This document shows, piece by piece, positions 39,660 through 51,741 of a stretch of DNA of 64,000 bases. Source of the stretch: Lama glama. Its lineage: Eukaryota. The stretch is from NCBI GenBank assembly GCA_028534125.1, contig CM052817.1, forward strand, positions 91,080,001-91,144,000, given 5' to 3'. Within the stretch, counting starts at the first letter, position 1. Every line of letters begins with the position of its first letter. Below the pieces are notes generated by a model. It saw nothing but the letters and a program-made list of their open reading frames with translations, was not told the origin of the DNA and did no database searches. A program made the position numbers and the translations under genes.

Positions 39660-39833
39660 ATTTCCACCCAAAGTGTAATCCACACGGCAACAGCTTCAGC
39701 TTCTTAGAAACGCTCTGGAAGCTTGTTAGAAATGTGGAATCTCAGGCCCCTTCACAGATACGTGGACTCAGAATCTGCATTTTCACAAGATCCCCAGGAG
39801 AGCTGTATGCACACTGGAGTTTGAAAACACTGA
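39660..39833. mobile_element. MER5A-like hAT MITE
   Basis: ggaagcttgttagaaatgtggaatctcaggcccc...tcagaatctgcattttcacaagatccccagg...agtttgaaaacactg. Confidence 0.85.
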
Positions 39834-40116
39834 CCAAGAGGAAATTATGCAACAGAGAGCTTGAGCCCAGGAGAAGCAGAAGGAAAATATACGCACACAT
39901 GTGCACAGACACACACAAACATGCTGTTCTGATGCAAATGGGCCCCCTGTCCTAGTCTGAACTACCCACACACCAGCATCCACACTCCGCCATCCAGTTC
40001 CTCTGCCCCACCACTCATCCATCCCTCCCATGGGTCTGGGGTCCATGACCTACATTCATTCACCCTAAGTGAGGGCAGACGCTAAGCAGCCTCCTGGCCT
40101 GCTATCTCGGAAAGAT

Positions 40117-40308
40117 TACCATATGATTTTTATCTATCATTCTATTAATGTCATGAATCACATGTACTGATTTGCATGGGTTGAACCATCTTTGCATTCA
40201 AGGCTAGATCGTGGTGTACAATCCTTTTAATGTACTGTTGAATTGTGCCATTGAGAACTTTTGCATCTATATTCATCAGGGATATTGGCCTATAGTTTAG
40301 GTTTCTTA
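40117..40308 (-). mobile_element. LINE-1 ORF2 (RT region) fragment
   Basis: tgatttgcatgggttgaaccatctttgcatt...ttttgcatctatattcatcagggatattggcctatagttt. Confidence 0.85.
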
Positions 40309-40354
40309 CAGTCCAACTGTTCTATTATAGTTGTCTGAGACACTAAAGGAAATA

Positions 40355-40595
40355 AATCCATTTATAGAGTGACTACTATGCAGCAGGCCTGGTCTCAGGC
40401 ACTGTACCTGTATCACCTCATTTAATGCTTCTAACAACCATGCAAAGGTAACAGCAGGAGCTCCAATTTACTAATTAAAAACAAAAACAAACAAACAAAA
40501 ACCTGAAGCTTTGACCAAGATCACACAGCAAGAAAATGTTTGAGCTAGGATCCTACCCTCGATTCCGAGCTCTGTTCTTTCTCCCATGCTACAAC
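40355..40595 (-). mobile_element. MIR SINE
   Basis: atttatagagtgactactatgcagcaggc...cctcatttaatgcttctaacaacc...ccaagatcacacagcaag. Confidence 0.75.
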
Positions 40596-41086
40596 AACAC
40601 AGAAACTGAGACTTTTCATCTTCTTATCTCTTGAAGGAACAAAAAAGGCCAATTCTCTATGATTCTTCCTCTACAGCAAACTAGATTCTGTCCACGGCAG
40701 GGTATCTAGTTTCAGCAAGGCCAAAAACTGTTCATGAGTTGTTACTGGATATGGGAAGGAAATTTAGGAAATGTGGTGGAATCTCTGTCTGACAGCCTTC
40801 TAAGCACCTCTGGAGGTCATCCAGGCCAAATATGTCCCAGACCATGCATTTCCTTTAGAGCATTGACTTGAATGGGGACAGGAGGAGAAATTCACTTCCA
40901 CAAGAAGCTAACTATTCCATCCACACATTTCACCCTCAAACGAAGCCAAAAGGCCTCCAATTTTCCCTTGGAAGCTATACTGGATACCCCACACCTGTCC
41001 CTCCACAGCCTTTTAGAATTGAAGACAATAAACAGGACACACACAAGTTTTAGAATTTCTCCTTTGCCATGAAATACACTTGGTCT

Positions 41087-41214
41087 ATTTTTGTGTGTTG
41101 GTGGGAAGTAATTAGATTTGTTTGTTTGTTATTTTAATGGAGGTACTGGGGACTGAACCCAGGACCTCGTGCATGCTAAGCATGCACTCTACCACTGAGC
41201 TATACCCTCCCCCC
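41087..41214 (-). mobile_element. vic-1-type camelid SINE, young
   Basis: Reverse complement gggggagggtatagctcagtggtagagtgcatgcttagcatgcacgaggtcctgggttcagtccccagtacctcc. Perfect TSD tacacttggtct at 41075-41086 and 41215-41226. Confidence 0.95.
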
Positions 41215-41699
41215 TACACTTGGTCTTTGATCTCTTTCTTCTAACACATAGTTTTTAATCCCTTTTCCATCCTGCTTCCTCCCCCAAGCACACAGCATGC
41301 ACCGTGAAAGTCAGGAGAGAGCCCCTACATAGCCCATCTCACAGGACAGCTGCAGTGTGACTGAGGCAGAGGCATTTCCCCCTTTAGTTTCGCCCTATCT
41401 CTCTCTTTCCACCCTGATCTTACCCAGCCCCTCCACACAAGCTGATCCAAAACGTCATCCATCTACCGAGGGGCGACACTGCTAACTCCACAAACGCATT
41501 AACTCTCCCAAGTGTTTCACCAACCCACTCACCCACCTGCCTCCGGAGGCTCCCGTTTTCAAGTGGCAAAGTGATCAATCAAGTCAGCTTCATGTTCCAC
41601 AGCCCACACGGTACAGAGGAAAAATTAATGACACTGACTGCTCTCACTAGAGAAGCAACTCAACTAGACAGCAGCCTTCACAACAACAGGAAAGGAACA

Positions 41700-41870
41700 C
41701 ATCGCTTTAGTCATCCTGTAAGAAAAGGGGGAAAAAAACACATATATGGGGGGGTTTACCTCATACATAGATGAAGTAAAAAGTCACTTGCCCAAAGGCC
41801 ACAGCAGGACTCATGTTTCTACTGGCCTGCGTGACACCTAGGATCCCTCTTCTCACCCGGTGCTCCAGCA
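41700..41870 (-). mobile_element. MIR fragment
   Basis: aagtcacttgcccaaaggccacagc core. Confidence 0.5.
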
Positions 41871-42079
41871 TTTCAGACACTAAAGGCAATGAAGTCAGAA
41901 GTACTTGATTTAGAGTCTCAACCCAGCCCCTGTGGTTTGCAGACTGGGACTTCCAAAGCAACTCAATGAAAATGGACACACTGCAAGGACAGGAAAGTCC
42001 TCTCCGCGCCATCCATCAAAGGCTCCCAGCGGCTCTGCTTTATTTCCTGCCCACCAGACCCAGAGCAAAGGCTACCTTG

Positions 42080-42170
42080 TCTCCCTCTCTCTCACTTTTC
42101 CTCTCTCTCTCTCTCTCTCTCCTCCCCTCCCTCCTCATTCTCTCTCTCTCTCTCTCTGCCTGTCTCTCAT
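42080..42170. repeat. (TC)n-rich low-complexity tract
   Basis: Seen directly. Confidence 0.9.
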
Positions 42171-43502
42171 TCCTGCGATATCAAAACCTAGCCTGGTCAG
42201 CTTTACATATGGTTGCCAGGCCCCACATCTTTCCCTCACCATCCTCAGAAAGACATAGCCACTCTACCCTCCTTATTTCTATGTAACCAACCCTACTCAG
42301 ATTTCCACACCCTTCCTTGTACGCTTGTTCCCTGAATTAGATTTCCCACACCCGGCTTTATTTACATAGAAACAGGATAGAGTGGTTTGGAGTTTGGACC
42401 TTAGCAGATTCAGTTTAGAGCAATGATTTTTCCACCTGGCTCCCGCAGAGACCTAGGGTATCTCTGCAACTCCTCCTTGGCAAAGGGACAGCCCCCAGAT
42501 GGGCTTCAGACCTCTTCACCTTTCTCACTTTTAGACAGAGGAATTCTACGTGGGATTTTTCTTTGATGGGAATATATTTCCACTGAAAAGGGGAAAAAAG
42601 CAATATGACTACAGGGAACCGTATTCCTCTCCTTACTTATCACCCTATAAACCATGGAACACACACAGAAAGACGTGTGCCTTCCCCACCCTGCCGTGAA
42701 AGAGAAAGACCTAAAAAAAGCCTTCATATTGGTCACTAAAAAGCCACAAACAGACAACGTTTGCTACTTCAGTGTCTCCGGTGCTTAGAATGCATAATAC
42801 CAGACAAGGCGGGGTCATCCGGTCCAGCCCCTCATTATTCAGATGTGAAAATGGAAACTCACTCACAGAGGTTAATGGCTTGCTTTATTAACTCAGAAGC
42901 AAAGTCACCACCACAATTTTTTCACACATAGTATATACTCTGGTTTGAAAGAATAAACGTTTACATAATTAATGCGTTAATGCAGACGTGATTCCTTCCA
43001 GAAAAGAATTCAGGCAGTCTTCTAAGAGAAAGAAAACCAAAAAAGAATGGTATTTAATACGAGTGAAAAAAGAATGTGTGGATATGATTAGTTTTCCTAG
43101 TCTTAAACTCAAGCTCCAAAACTTTGCTCTTTGCTGTGACAAATACTCCAGATCTGAAATTTTACATCCATTGCACTTTTCTAGGCTGTCCTAAATTTTG
43201 AGTGACGAAAAATTTCCTACTTAGAAACTTTAAATAACTAGTGAGAAGCCAATAAGGACTTGCAGGCAAGGAGGTGTCTTTGCGAGCAATATGTTATATT
43301 TAGATAGATTCTGCCTTGATTTCATGAAAATGTGTTTGCTCTTCTCTCAAGACCAGAGTCTTTCTGCTTGCATTTGCTGTGAGAAATAGAACCAGGCTGT
43401 GATGAAGGGCAGGCCAAGCCGAGGGCCTAATGGGCCACACTGGTTGCCACGTATTGGAATTGGTTTGACCTCTGAGTGCAGATGCCTTACAGACGAGGCT
43501 AC

Positions 43503-43670
43503 AGTCTCGATTCTCCAAGGTGTGCCTGTGGCCCAGCAGTAGCAGCCCACCCGGGAGCTCATTAGACATGAAGAATCTCTTGACCCCTCCCCAGATCCAC
43601 TGAATTGGAATCTGCATTTTAAGAAGGTCTCCAGATGATCTGAATGTACATAAAGTCTGAGAAATAGTGA
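43503..43670. mobile_element. MER5A-like hAT MITE
   Basis: cccagcagtagcagcccacccgggagctcattagacatgaagaatctc...ggaatctgcattttaagaaggtctccagatgatctgaatgtacataaagtctgagaa. Confidence 0.85.
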
Positions 43671-43736
43671 TCCACAGTATCCTCAAGCTCTCAGATGCAG
43701 ATGTTCACAAGCAGCCGTGGGATAAATAAAGCCTGA

Positions 43737-44660
43737 ACAAACAACTAAATCCAAAAATGGGCAGAAGACCCCAAAGACATTTCTCCAATGAAGACATACA
43801 AATGGCCAATAGGCACACGAAAATATGCTCAATATCGCTAATTATCAGAGAAATGCAAATCAAAACTACAAAGAGGTACCACCTCACACCAGTCAGAATA
43901 ACCATCATTTAAAAGTCCACAGACAATAAATGCTGGAGAGGCTGTGGAGAAAAGGGAACCCTCCTACATGGTCAGTGGAAATATAATTGGTGTAGCCACT
44001 ATGGAGAACAATCTGGAAGTTCTTTTAAAAACTAAAAGTAGAGCTACCCTATCATCCAGCAATCCCACTCCTGGGCATATATTCAGAGAAAACTCTAATT
44101 AGAAAAGAGACATGCACCCCAATGTTCATAGCAGCACTGTTTACAGTAGCCAAGACATGGAAGGAACCTAAATGTCCATAGGCAAATGATAAAGAAGTTG
44201 TGGTGTATGTATCTGTTCAGCCATAAAAAGAATGACATAATGCCATTGGCAGCAACATAGATGACCTGGAGATTATCATACTAAGTGAAGTAATCAGACA
44301 GAGAAAAACAAATGTCATATGATATCACTTATATGTGGAATCTAAAACAATGATACAAATGAATGTATGTACAAAAGCACAGATACAGAAAACAAACTTA
44401 TGCTTACCAAAAGGGAAAGGGGTAGGAGGGATAAATTAGGAGTTTGGGATTAGCAGATACAAACTACTATATATAAAATAGAAAAACAAGAAGGTCGTAC
44501 TGTACAGCACAGGGAACTATACTCAATTTCTTGTAATAAGCTGTAATAAAAAAGAATATGAAAAAGTATATATATGTATAACTGAATCACTATGCTGTAC
44601 ACCAGAAACTAACATAACATTGTAAATCAACTAGACTTCAATAAAAAATAAAAAAAGAAG
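43737..44660 (+). mobile_element. 5'-truncated LINE-1
   Basis: ORF2 C-terminus (agacatttctccaatgaagacatacaaatggcc), 3'UTR and A tail. Perfect 13-bp TSD aaataaagcctga at 43724-43736 and 44661-44673. Confidence 0.97.
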
Positions 44661-45739
44661 AAATAAAGCCTGACTTGTACAGCTGAAATAGCGACACATC
44701 AATGAGAGATTGTCATTTGCGGTTTGGAGGGGGTTGGTGATGTAGGTTGGTTTTTGTTGTTGTCCTCGTTGCTCTTCAGTGAAAATATCAAATGAAAGTC
44801 AAATGGGGAAAAGGTGCTTTTTGAGCCAATCTGATTAGTCATCCTTTGGCACATATCGACAAAGGTCTTCACCCCCGGGGGGCATAATTGTTCTTGAGGA
44901 GTGACTTTGTTGTAGAGAAAACTTTTGTTTCCAGAGGCACAGGCTACCCAGCACGGAGTAGAAGAGAAATATGGCGATTATCCAGTTCATTTACTTGCTG
45001 TACACAGCCAGACAAACCAATCCAGGTAGCGCAGGCTGTAAAAAATGTTCGGAGGTGCCGGAATTATCCAGGGTCACTGCTAACGTTGGTTCAAATGAAC
45101 TGGATCACAGCCAGACTTGTGCTTTTAAACACAGTGCCAGGGGAACCTGCACCAACAGGCTTAGAAGGGAAGGGGCAGGTGGAGGTAACCCCTGGGCCCA
45201 GGCGGCATCTGATGAGGGTGACATTAGACTTGGCAGAGCTCCGGCCGCATGGTCTGCAGAGTACTTATCACATGGAAGGCAGGGCAGCTTGCCAACATAC
45301 AGACACGGGGACCAACCAAAGGATAATTGCTATAAATTCCATACAGAGAGTGAAGACAGAGATGTCAGCAAAACGCATCGCCAGGCTGGGGAGCGGCACA
45401 CACAGGACTGCAGGGTAGTCGGACAAGAAGGGGAAGATTTTTGAAAAAGCCAAATTTGTTCAAAGCAGGTATGGCAGGCCAGCTGGAAGACGTGTCAGTC
45501 AAGGACTAGACTCTCCGCTCGGAGGTGTTTCTGTCACTTGTCCGTGACAGCTTCTCAAAACTACATACAATGAAAAATCATAGCTAGATTTCCTCCGGGT
45601 ATGGTGTAGGTTCCGACTGCAATTTAGGAAGAGGGGAGATTAACCAGTATTTCTTCAGCCCCTCCCAAGGACCAAGTCCCTTATAAGTGCTTTGTAAAAA
45701 TCTTACCAAAGTGGTTATTTGGTGGAGGAAGGGCTTTAC

Positions 45740-45906
45740 CCTGGGGACCAGCTACCCTTAAGAGGCTCTTATTTGGAATTTAGGCATCCCTGAATTTCCT
45801 ACAATGGTATGAAAAATTACGCATGTATATTTTTTCTGGGAATAGAGACCATTGCTTTCATCAGATTCTCCAACAGACCCATGATGAAAAGATTAAGAAT
45901 TACAGT
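45740..45906. mobile_element. hAT-Charlie-type MER relic
   Basis: tttttctgggaatagagaccattgctttcatcagattctc...gattaagaattacag terminal motif. Confidence 0.6.
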
Positions 45907-45944
45907 TAGCTGGATAAACTATGAAGGATGAAGAAACAAAGATC

Positions 45945-46165
45945 TATGGGCTATTCTCTGCCCAGCCCTCTACTTGGTGACATCATTTAATGCTTCTAAA
46001 AACCCTAAGGTGAGTGGCAATGTCCTCATTTTACAGTTAAGGAAAAGTAAGGCTGAACGAGAATGTGAAGCCTTACCAGATAAACACACCTAGTAACTGT
46101 ACAACCTGGAATGGAAACTCAGATCTATCTAGTCCAAAATCCATGCTTTTTTATGATCCTATGCT
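45945..46165 (-). mobile_element. MIR SINE
   Basis: tcatttaatgcttctaaaaaccctaagg...cctcattttacagttaaggaaaagtaaggct. Confidence 0.75.
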
Positions 46166-48292
46166 TCTTGGATGCTTTATAGGGATTGGGAGGAGGGGCG
46201 GTAAGAATTAGTGAAGGCACCAAGGAAGACCAATGTGACATTTTAGCTGGCTCTTAAAGAATGAGTTGAGCTGAGACAGCTAGAAGTAGAAAGAAGGAAA
46301 TCCCAGGTAGAGGAGACAAGGCAAGAGGCAGAGCAGTGAGAAGGGACAAAATGTTGAGGGAGGATGTCAACCTCCCTCCTCTTGGATCGGGAGCTTCCTA
46401 AGGACTCAGGAGCCAAGGAACAGTCACAAGACCAAGTGCAACTAGGAGTTAAACTTCTAGCCCATTTGGTTTTAAATCTCCTGTCACCCAAACCCCAGCA
46501 CAACCAGAGGATAACCATCCCTAACGAAGACCCTGACCTAAAGCCCAGGAGCCGCTTTAATGCCCAGCATCGATTCAAACGAGTGCATTTTGAGCCAGCA
46601 TCTTGAGCCCAGAGAGCAGGTTTACTGCAGGTCAGCAAGAAGCCAAGAGCTTACCCAGTGCCACTGAAGCCCAAATAGCAACAAGCAGCCTCTCTGGAAA
46701 TAAAAGATCATCCGTTAAGTGTGCGGGTTTAATGCATCTCCGCTCTCCAAGATGCTCCTGTCTCAATACAAATAATATGCAGAAACTAAAATATTCCATG
46801 TGCGCCCCAACACATTTAATCAGGCTCTCAGACACGCAGTGACTCTACTGCGGGCTCCTGCTGCCTTCTGAAATGGAAAAACCACTCATATTCGCATGGA
46901 ATCCCATGTAATTGAATTGTGGTTTTAAATCCTGTGATTAACAGATGGCACAGTCTTGTCCCAGTGTGCTCACCCCCTCTCCTTACCCTCGGAGACACAA
47001 CACACACCCCTTTGGACCATCACCAGCAGTCACTGCTTTCTTCAGTCCCTGTGTTATTTTCAGCACTTAACTCTCTTTTACAAAGGAGCCATTTCACAAG
47101 CATTATTAAGACTCAGGTAACAACTCCAACCAAATCTCATTGGCTTGTGAAGGAATTTAAGTGTATCATAGCTCAAACCACTTCAGGCTCCCTGGATGGG
47201 AATTCTTGAGATTTTATTTCCCAACAGAAGAAAGTAAAAAAATATATTAAAAGATAAAGGCCCATGATATTCATCCTGTTTCAGCAGACCCTAAGTTCCT
47301 CAAGGGCAGGGAGAGGTTATTTGGCTGATTGATTTAATATTTATTGAGTCATAACTATCTTCATGGAACATAGAAATAAATGTATCAATGCACTTCATTA
47401 CAAGAAGTATCGCTGTCTCTAGACAGAACCAAGAAGCATTCCCTTTGATGCCTTCCTTCCTTTATACTGATTAACAACTTGAAAGAGCAGCTCCTGTTCT
47501 AAAAAATATATGAGTAGAAAATACTGCATTCCATTGCATAAAACTGGAATAAAAGATTGCCCCTCTCTGAAATAACTATGTGATAGGAAACGGGCTTGCT
47601 GCTGGAGAAGCAGACAGAGGAACTCATCATTCCTGAAAACATTTCACTTTCAAAGCACATAATCTCAAAACGCCTGTATAATTATGAGATTTCAGACTTG
47701 GTGTTTCTTGATCCACGGTTTCAACTGGAATGGATGGGCGGCACGAGGAAACTTAAAAATAATTTTTAAAAAAAAGCACTCCCAAAGAGCAGACAAATTT
47801 CTACCACAGTTACTTTCAAGACCAGAAACTATGTGCTCATAAATGCTTTACTTGTGCCCACCAGCGTATCACCTAAAAGTGCTATCTTTAGCGGGGGCAG
47901 GGGGACATGACACGTGGCCACAGTTCTACCCACATGAACAATCACCAGGACAATCTACCCGAACAGCACATCCCAGGGCTCCGGGATCATTGTGAGCCCA
48001 AATTTGGCAGCTTGTTATCAATTCAGTGTAGGTGCTGTTTTGTAAACATATCTAATTTGGTTTTAAATTTTAATCCATAAAGTCATTACTAAAGGACTCC
48101 AGGCTGCTGAAATGATCAACCAACTGCTTCTCCAGCAGACGGGAAGCCACCAGCGCCAGTCAAGGCTTTCTGTCCTCAGCTGTCCGCTTTGCCTCCCGTA
48201 TTCCCCTCTCCTCTCATTTCCTTCTCAGCAGTGTGCTGTCTTTCCCGTGCATGGTCTCCCACTTACCCAAGTTTTTCCGTTGCTACCCAACT

Positions 48293-48475
48293 GTTCTCTC
48301 TCTCTGTCTCTCTCTCCTCTCTCTGTCTCTTTCTCTGTGTCTCTCTCTGTCTGTGTGCATGTTTGTGTATTTCTCTCTGTCTCTCCCTGTCTATCTCTGA
48401 CACTGTGTCTGTCTCTCTCTGTCCTTCACAGACACACACACCCCACATGCACGCACACATACACTTGTACACACT
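48293..48475. repeat. (TC/TG)n and (CA)n low-complexity tract
   Basis: Seen directly. Confidence 0.9.
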
Positions 48476-48804
48476 GAAGTTCTTTGCTCTTTCTAACCCA
48501 GTATTCCAATCACTGCCTCCTCTACTCTCCCTATTTAATCTACTTCTCTCACATAAACATTGTTCTTTAACAAGAAGATCAGGCTGAGTTTGGGGAAAAG
48601 AAACTGTCTTAAAGAGCTGATGGCAGGGAACATAGCTGACTGACAGACGGACTGACCAACAGGATGGGCCGCCAGCATCTCAGTTACTGCCTTCCTTTGA
48701 ATATTGGTTCTTGTGGGTAATTACCCATAAAAGGAGAGGATTTTTTCAAGGGAGAGATCAAAAGGTGGATCTTTCAAAACATAGCATCTGATAAAATTTG
48801 GTTT

Positions 48805-49040
48805 CTTTAATAAACTATGTATCAAATCCGGTTCTAAGGGACTTTGGGATTTTAACCACTTGTTCACTCTTCGTAACAACCCTTAGAGGATGGTATTTCT
48901 CCTCTCCTCCATTTCCCAGGAGACTGAAGCCCAGAGACATCAAGCAACCTGCCCCAAGTCACACAACTGGAAAGTAGCTAACAGGATTTCCACCCAGATA
49001 GTTTGTCTCTAGAGTCCATGTTTTTAACCACTACACTCTG
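48805..49040 (-). mobile_element. MIR SINE
   Basis: tcttcgtaacaacccttagagg...gactgaagcccagaga...caacctgccccaagtcacacaact...agagtccatgtttttaaccactacact. Confidence 0.8.
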
Positions 49041-50526
49041 CTGCTGCTTACTTGACTGACTGCATTTTTGTCTGATTCACAAAGAAGAAATGTTGCATTC
49101 ATTTTTTTATGCATTCTATCTACTATTAAAGCTAAGTTTTCTGTATCAGAGAAAATACATGACCGATTTACCCTGCTGGGTAATTTTTACCCTACTTACC
49201 CTGTTGGATAAATATTTATACTACTGTACAAGTCAGTTATTGTTCAAAAATCCTATTTCTGGCCCTCCAACAGTAACAACACATGTGTTGACCTGAGATG
49301 TTCGAGATCAATCTCTTACCTTTTTACACACCACTCTTCTCATCAGTCCATATCCCTAACCGTATACACTTCCCTTTCCAAGGAGCAGCTTCTTAAAGAA
49401 CCATTCTCAACGACTTGGCCCTACTGCTCAATGAGGGTTACATAGCATCCCAGAGCGGCCAAGACGATATGGCCCTGGGGGACCCAACACAGAGGCCCCG
49501 GAAGCTTCCCTAGAGAAGAAGCCGTGTTGATCTAGAAATTCTCCATGTTCCGTGCTGCTCTGTGATAATCTACCTCATTTCCTCCGATTCAAAGTTAAAG
49601 TGGGCAAAATAAACGCTAGACCATTTGGGAAGGCCAGGAGAGAGATTCTATTCTTTTCTGTAACCATAATAATAACATTTTCTGTTCTGCAGGACTGGTG
49701 TTTTCAGAGACGTTTCTTCCACAGTCTGCTTTGTTTTAAGATCTTAAAACCCAAAGGCCCCGGGATTCTTCCTCTTTCAAAAATGGATGGTTCTGCTTTT
49801 CATTTAAGGTGCAGTTTCGAAAGAAGCAGCCTGTGAAACCAATTAACTAATTGGAAATCACTTAATGACTGTGGCAGCATTTTGGATTTCTGGCATCGGC
49901 GCACAGCAGTCAAGAGAAATTGCTTTCCAATATTATGATAAGGTAAGCTGTGGAGGTCTCACCGGGGGCGGCCGAAGGCTGCTGCAAGCAACAATCAGCT
50001 CTAATATGCCCACCAAAATAATGGAGATGCTATCACGTGGAATTCAGTGATTGTAAAGCAAGCGCAACATGAAAATCCAAAGAGATGTGGAGATCTGCTG
50101 AGAACAAATGTGCAGCTCTAGTTTCCTCGCTATGATTTCTGAGAGCTTACAATCTTCGCATAAACATTAAGTGGTCGAAGCTGCTCTCAGAGAGGGAGCC
50201 AGACATGTGAGGAAAGAGAGGTGGCATGAGGAGAGAAAAAAAATAAAAGAGTAAATATTCACCCTAGAACAAGTGTCCAATTAATTGTTTTAGTATGAAG
50301 AGAGTCACTGTTCACATTAGGGAAATAATCCAGTTAATTGCTCAAGAGTTAACATAGCCAGAGAAAATAAATTACCCCCAACACAGGTAGTCAATTCTCT
50401 CAGCATATTTCTAAATAGCAGAGTTCATTAGAACCAAAATCATCACTGTAGAAAACAGAATCAGCCAGTATCTCTAGTAGGACAGCTAATTCTTTTTTAC
50501 TTTATTTTAAAAGAAAAGCATGGTGA

Positions 50527-50697
50527 GTGGGAGGGTATAGCTCAGTGGTAGAGTGTGTGCTTAGCATGCTTGATTTCCTGGGTTAAATCCCCAGTACCTC
50601 TGTCAATAAATACATACATACATACATACATACATACATACATACATACATACATACCTAATCCCCTCCCCACCAAAATTAAAAATAAATAAATAAT
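50527..50697 (+). mobile_element. vic-1-type camelid SINE with an internal (TACA)n expansion
   Basis: gggagggtatagctcagtggtagagtgtgtgcttagcatg...ctgggttaaatccccagtacctc; (TACA)n at about 50611-50657. Confidence 0.92.
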
Positions 50698-51443
50698 TTT
50701 TTAAACACAGGAATACACACGGATCTAGGAGATTTAAAACTGCTTAGAGGTGGACCATGGGTTCTCATTTCTCCTGGGCTTCAGTATTATTTTGTGGGGA
50801 TGGCAAATCTCTTCACCTCTCTCAGCTGTAAAATGGCCTGACAAAGAAAATGGCTTATTCAAAGAAGTAGGTATTTAAATGATGGCCAAATTTTGCAAAC
50901 ACAGAGCCAGATCTCCCTAAATTCTTCCATCAATGACAAACTTTTACTTTTTATTCCCATGGGTATGGTAAATTTGGGAAACAAAGACTCTCCCAGAGAT
51001 ACGTGCTGTTGTTTTCATACACAACGGAAATTCTCTACACATGCTAGTCACTCCACTGCCAGCATGTGGGCCACCTCATCCCCAGCTTTGTTAATTCAGT
51101 GATGATGAGTGATGTAGATGCCTCCACTGGGTATCACTTTAGATGCTTGTTTTGTACCCAGCCGGTACCCAAAGGAACAAAGATGTTCTCTTTTCAGGCA
51201 GTAGCATGAATAAAGACTAATGCCACTCACACAAATCTACACCAACCATTACCCGCCAGACCACAGGACAATGTGAACCCGGTCCTCACACCTGCCCCAG
51301 ATATCAGGTGCTCATTCAACGCAGGCTCCACTTTGTAGAGCCCCATCCCTGGAAGTTCTTCACCCACAAAACACCCAGGGCAAGGAGGGCGACATTAAAA
51401 CTATAATAAACTGATGATTCTTCCTTTAAAACAATGCTTCATT

Positions 51444-51741
51444 GTTTTTGTAACTTTTACCTACAAACCAGAAATAGACTTACAGACATAGAAAAACAAA
51501 CTGTGGTTACCTGGAGAGAATAAATTAGGAGTTTGGGATTAACAGATACATATTACTATATATAAAACAGACAAACAACAAGGACCTACTCAATTTTTTA
51601 TACTGAGCTGTAATGGAAAAATAATACATATATGTATATGTATGTATATGTATATCTGAATCACTTTGCTGTACACCTGAAACTAACATTGTAAATCGAC
51701 TACACGTCAGTAAAAAATCAGAATTAAAAAAAATTAAAAAT
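51444..51741 (+). mobile_element. L1 3'UTR fragment
   Basis: acaaaccagaaatagacttacagacatagaaaaac...gaatcactttgctgtacacctgaaac. TSD aaaacaatgcttcatt (51428-51443) / aaaacactgcttcatt (51742-51757). Confidence 0.93.

Noticed and set aside
44888..45444. Two overlapping plus-strand ORFs (176 and 157 aa) in unique sequence
   Set aside because: No recognisable domain or family and no clean exon boundaries; two overlapping frames fit a chance stop-poor, GC-richer patch. PhyloCSF would settle it.
50527..50600. tRNA-like sequences (also 31890-31960, 41140-41214, 53510-53580)
   Set aside because: SINE heads with A-rich tails and, in most copies, TSDs; not functional tRNA genes.
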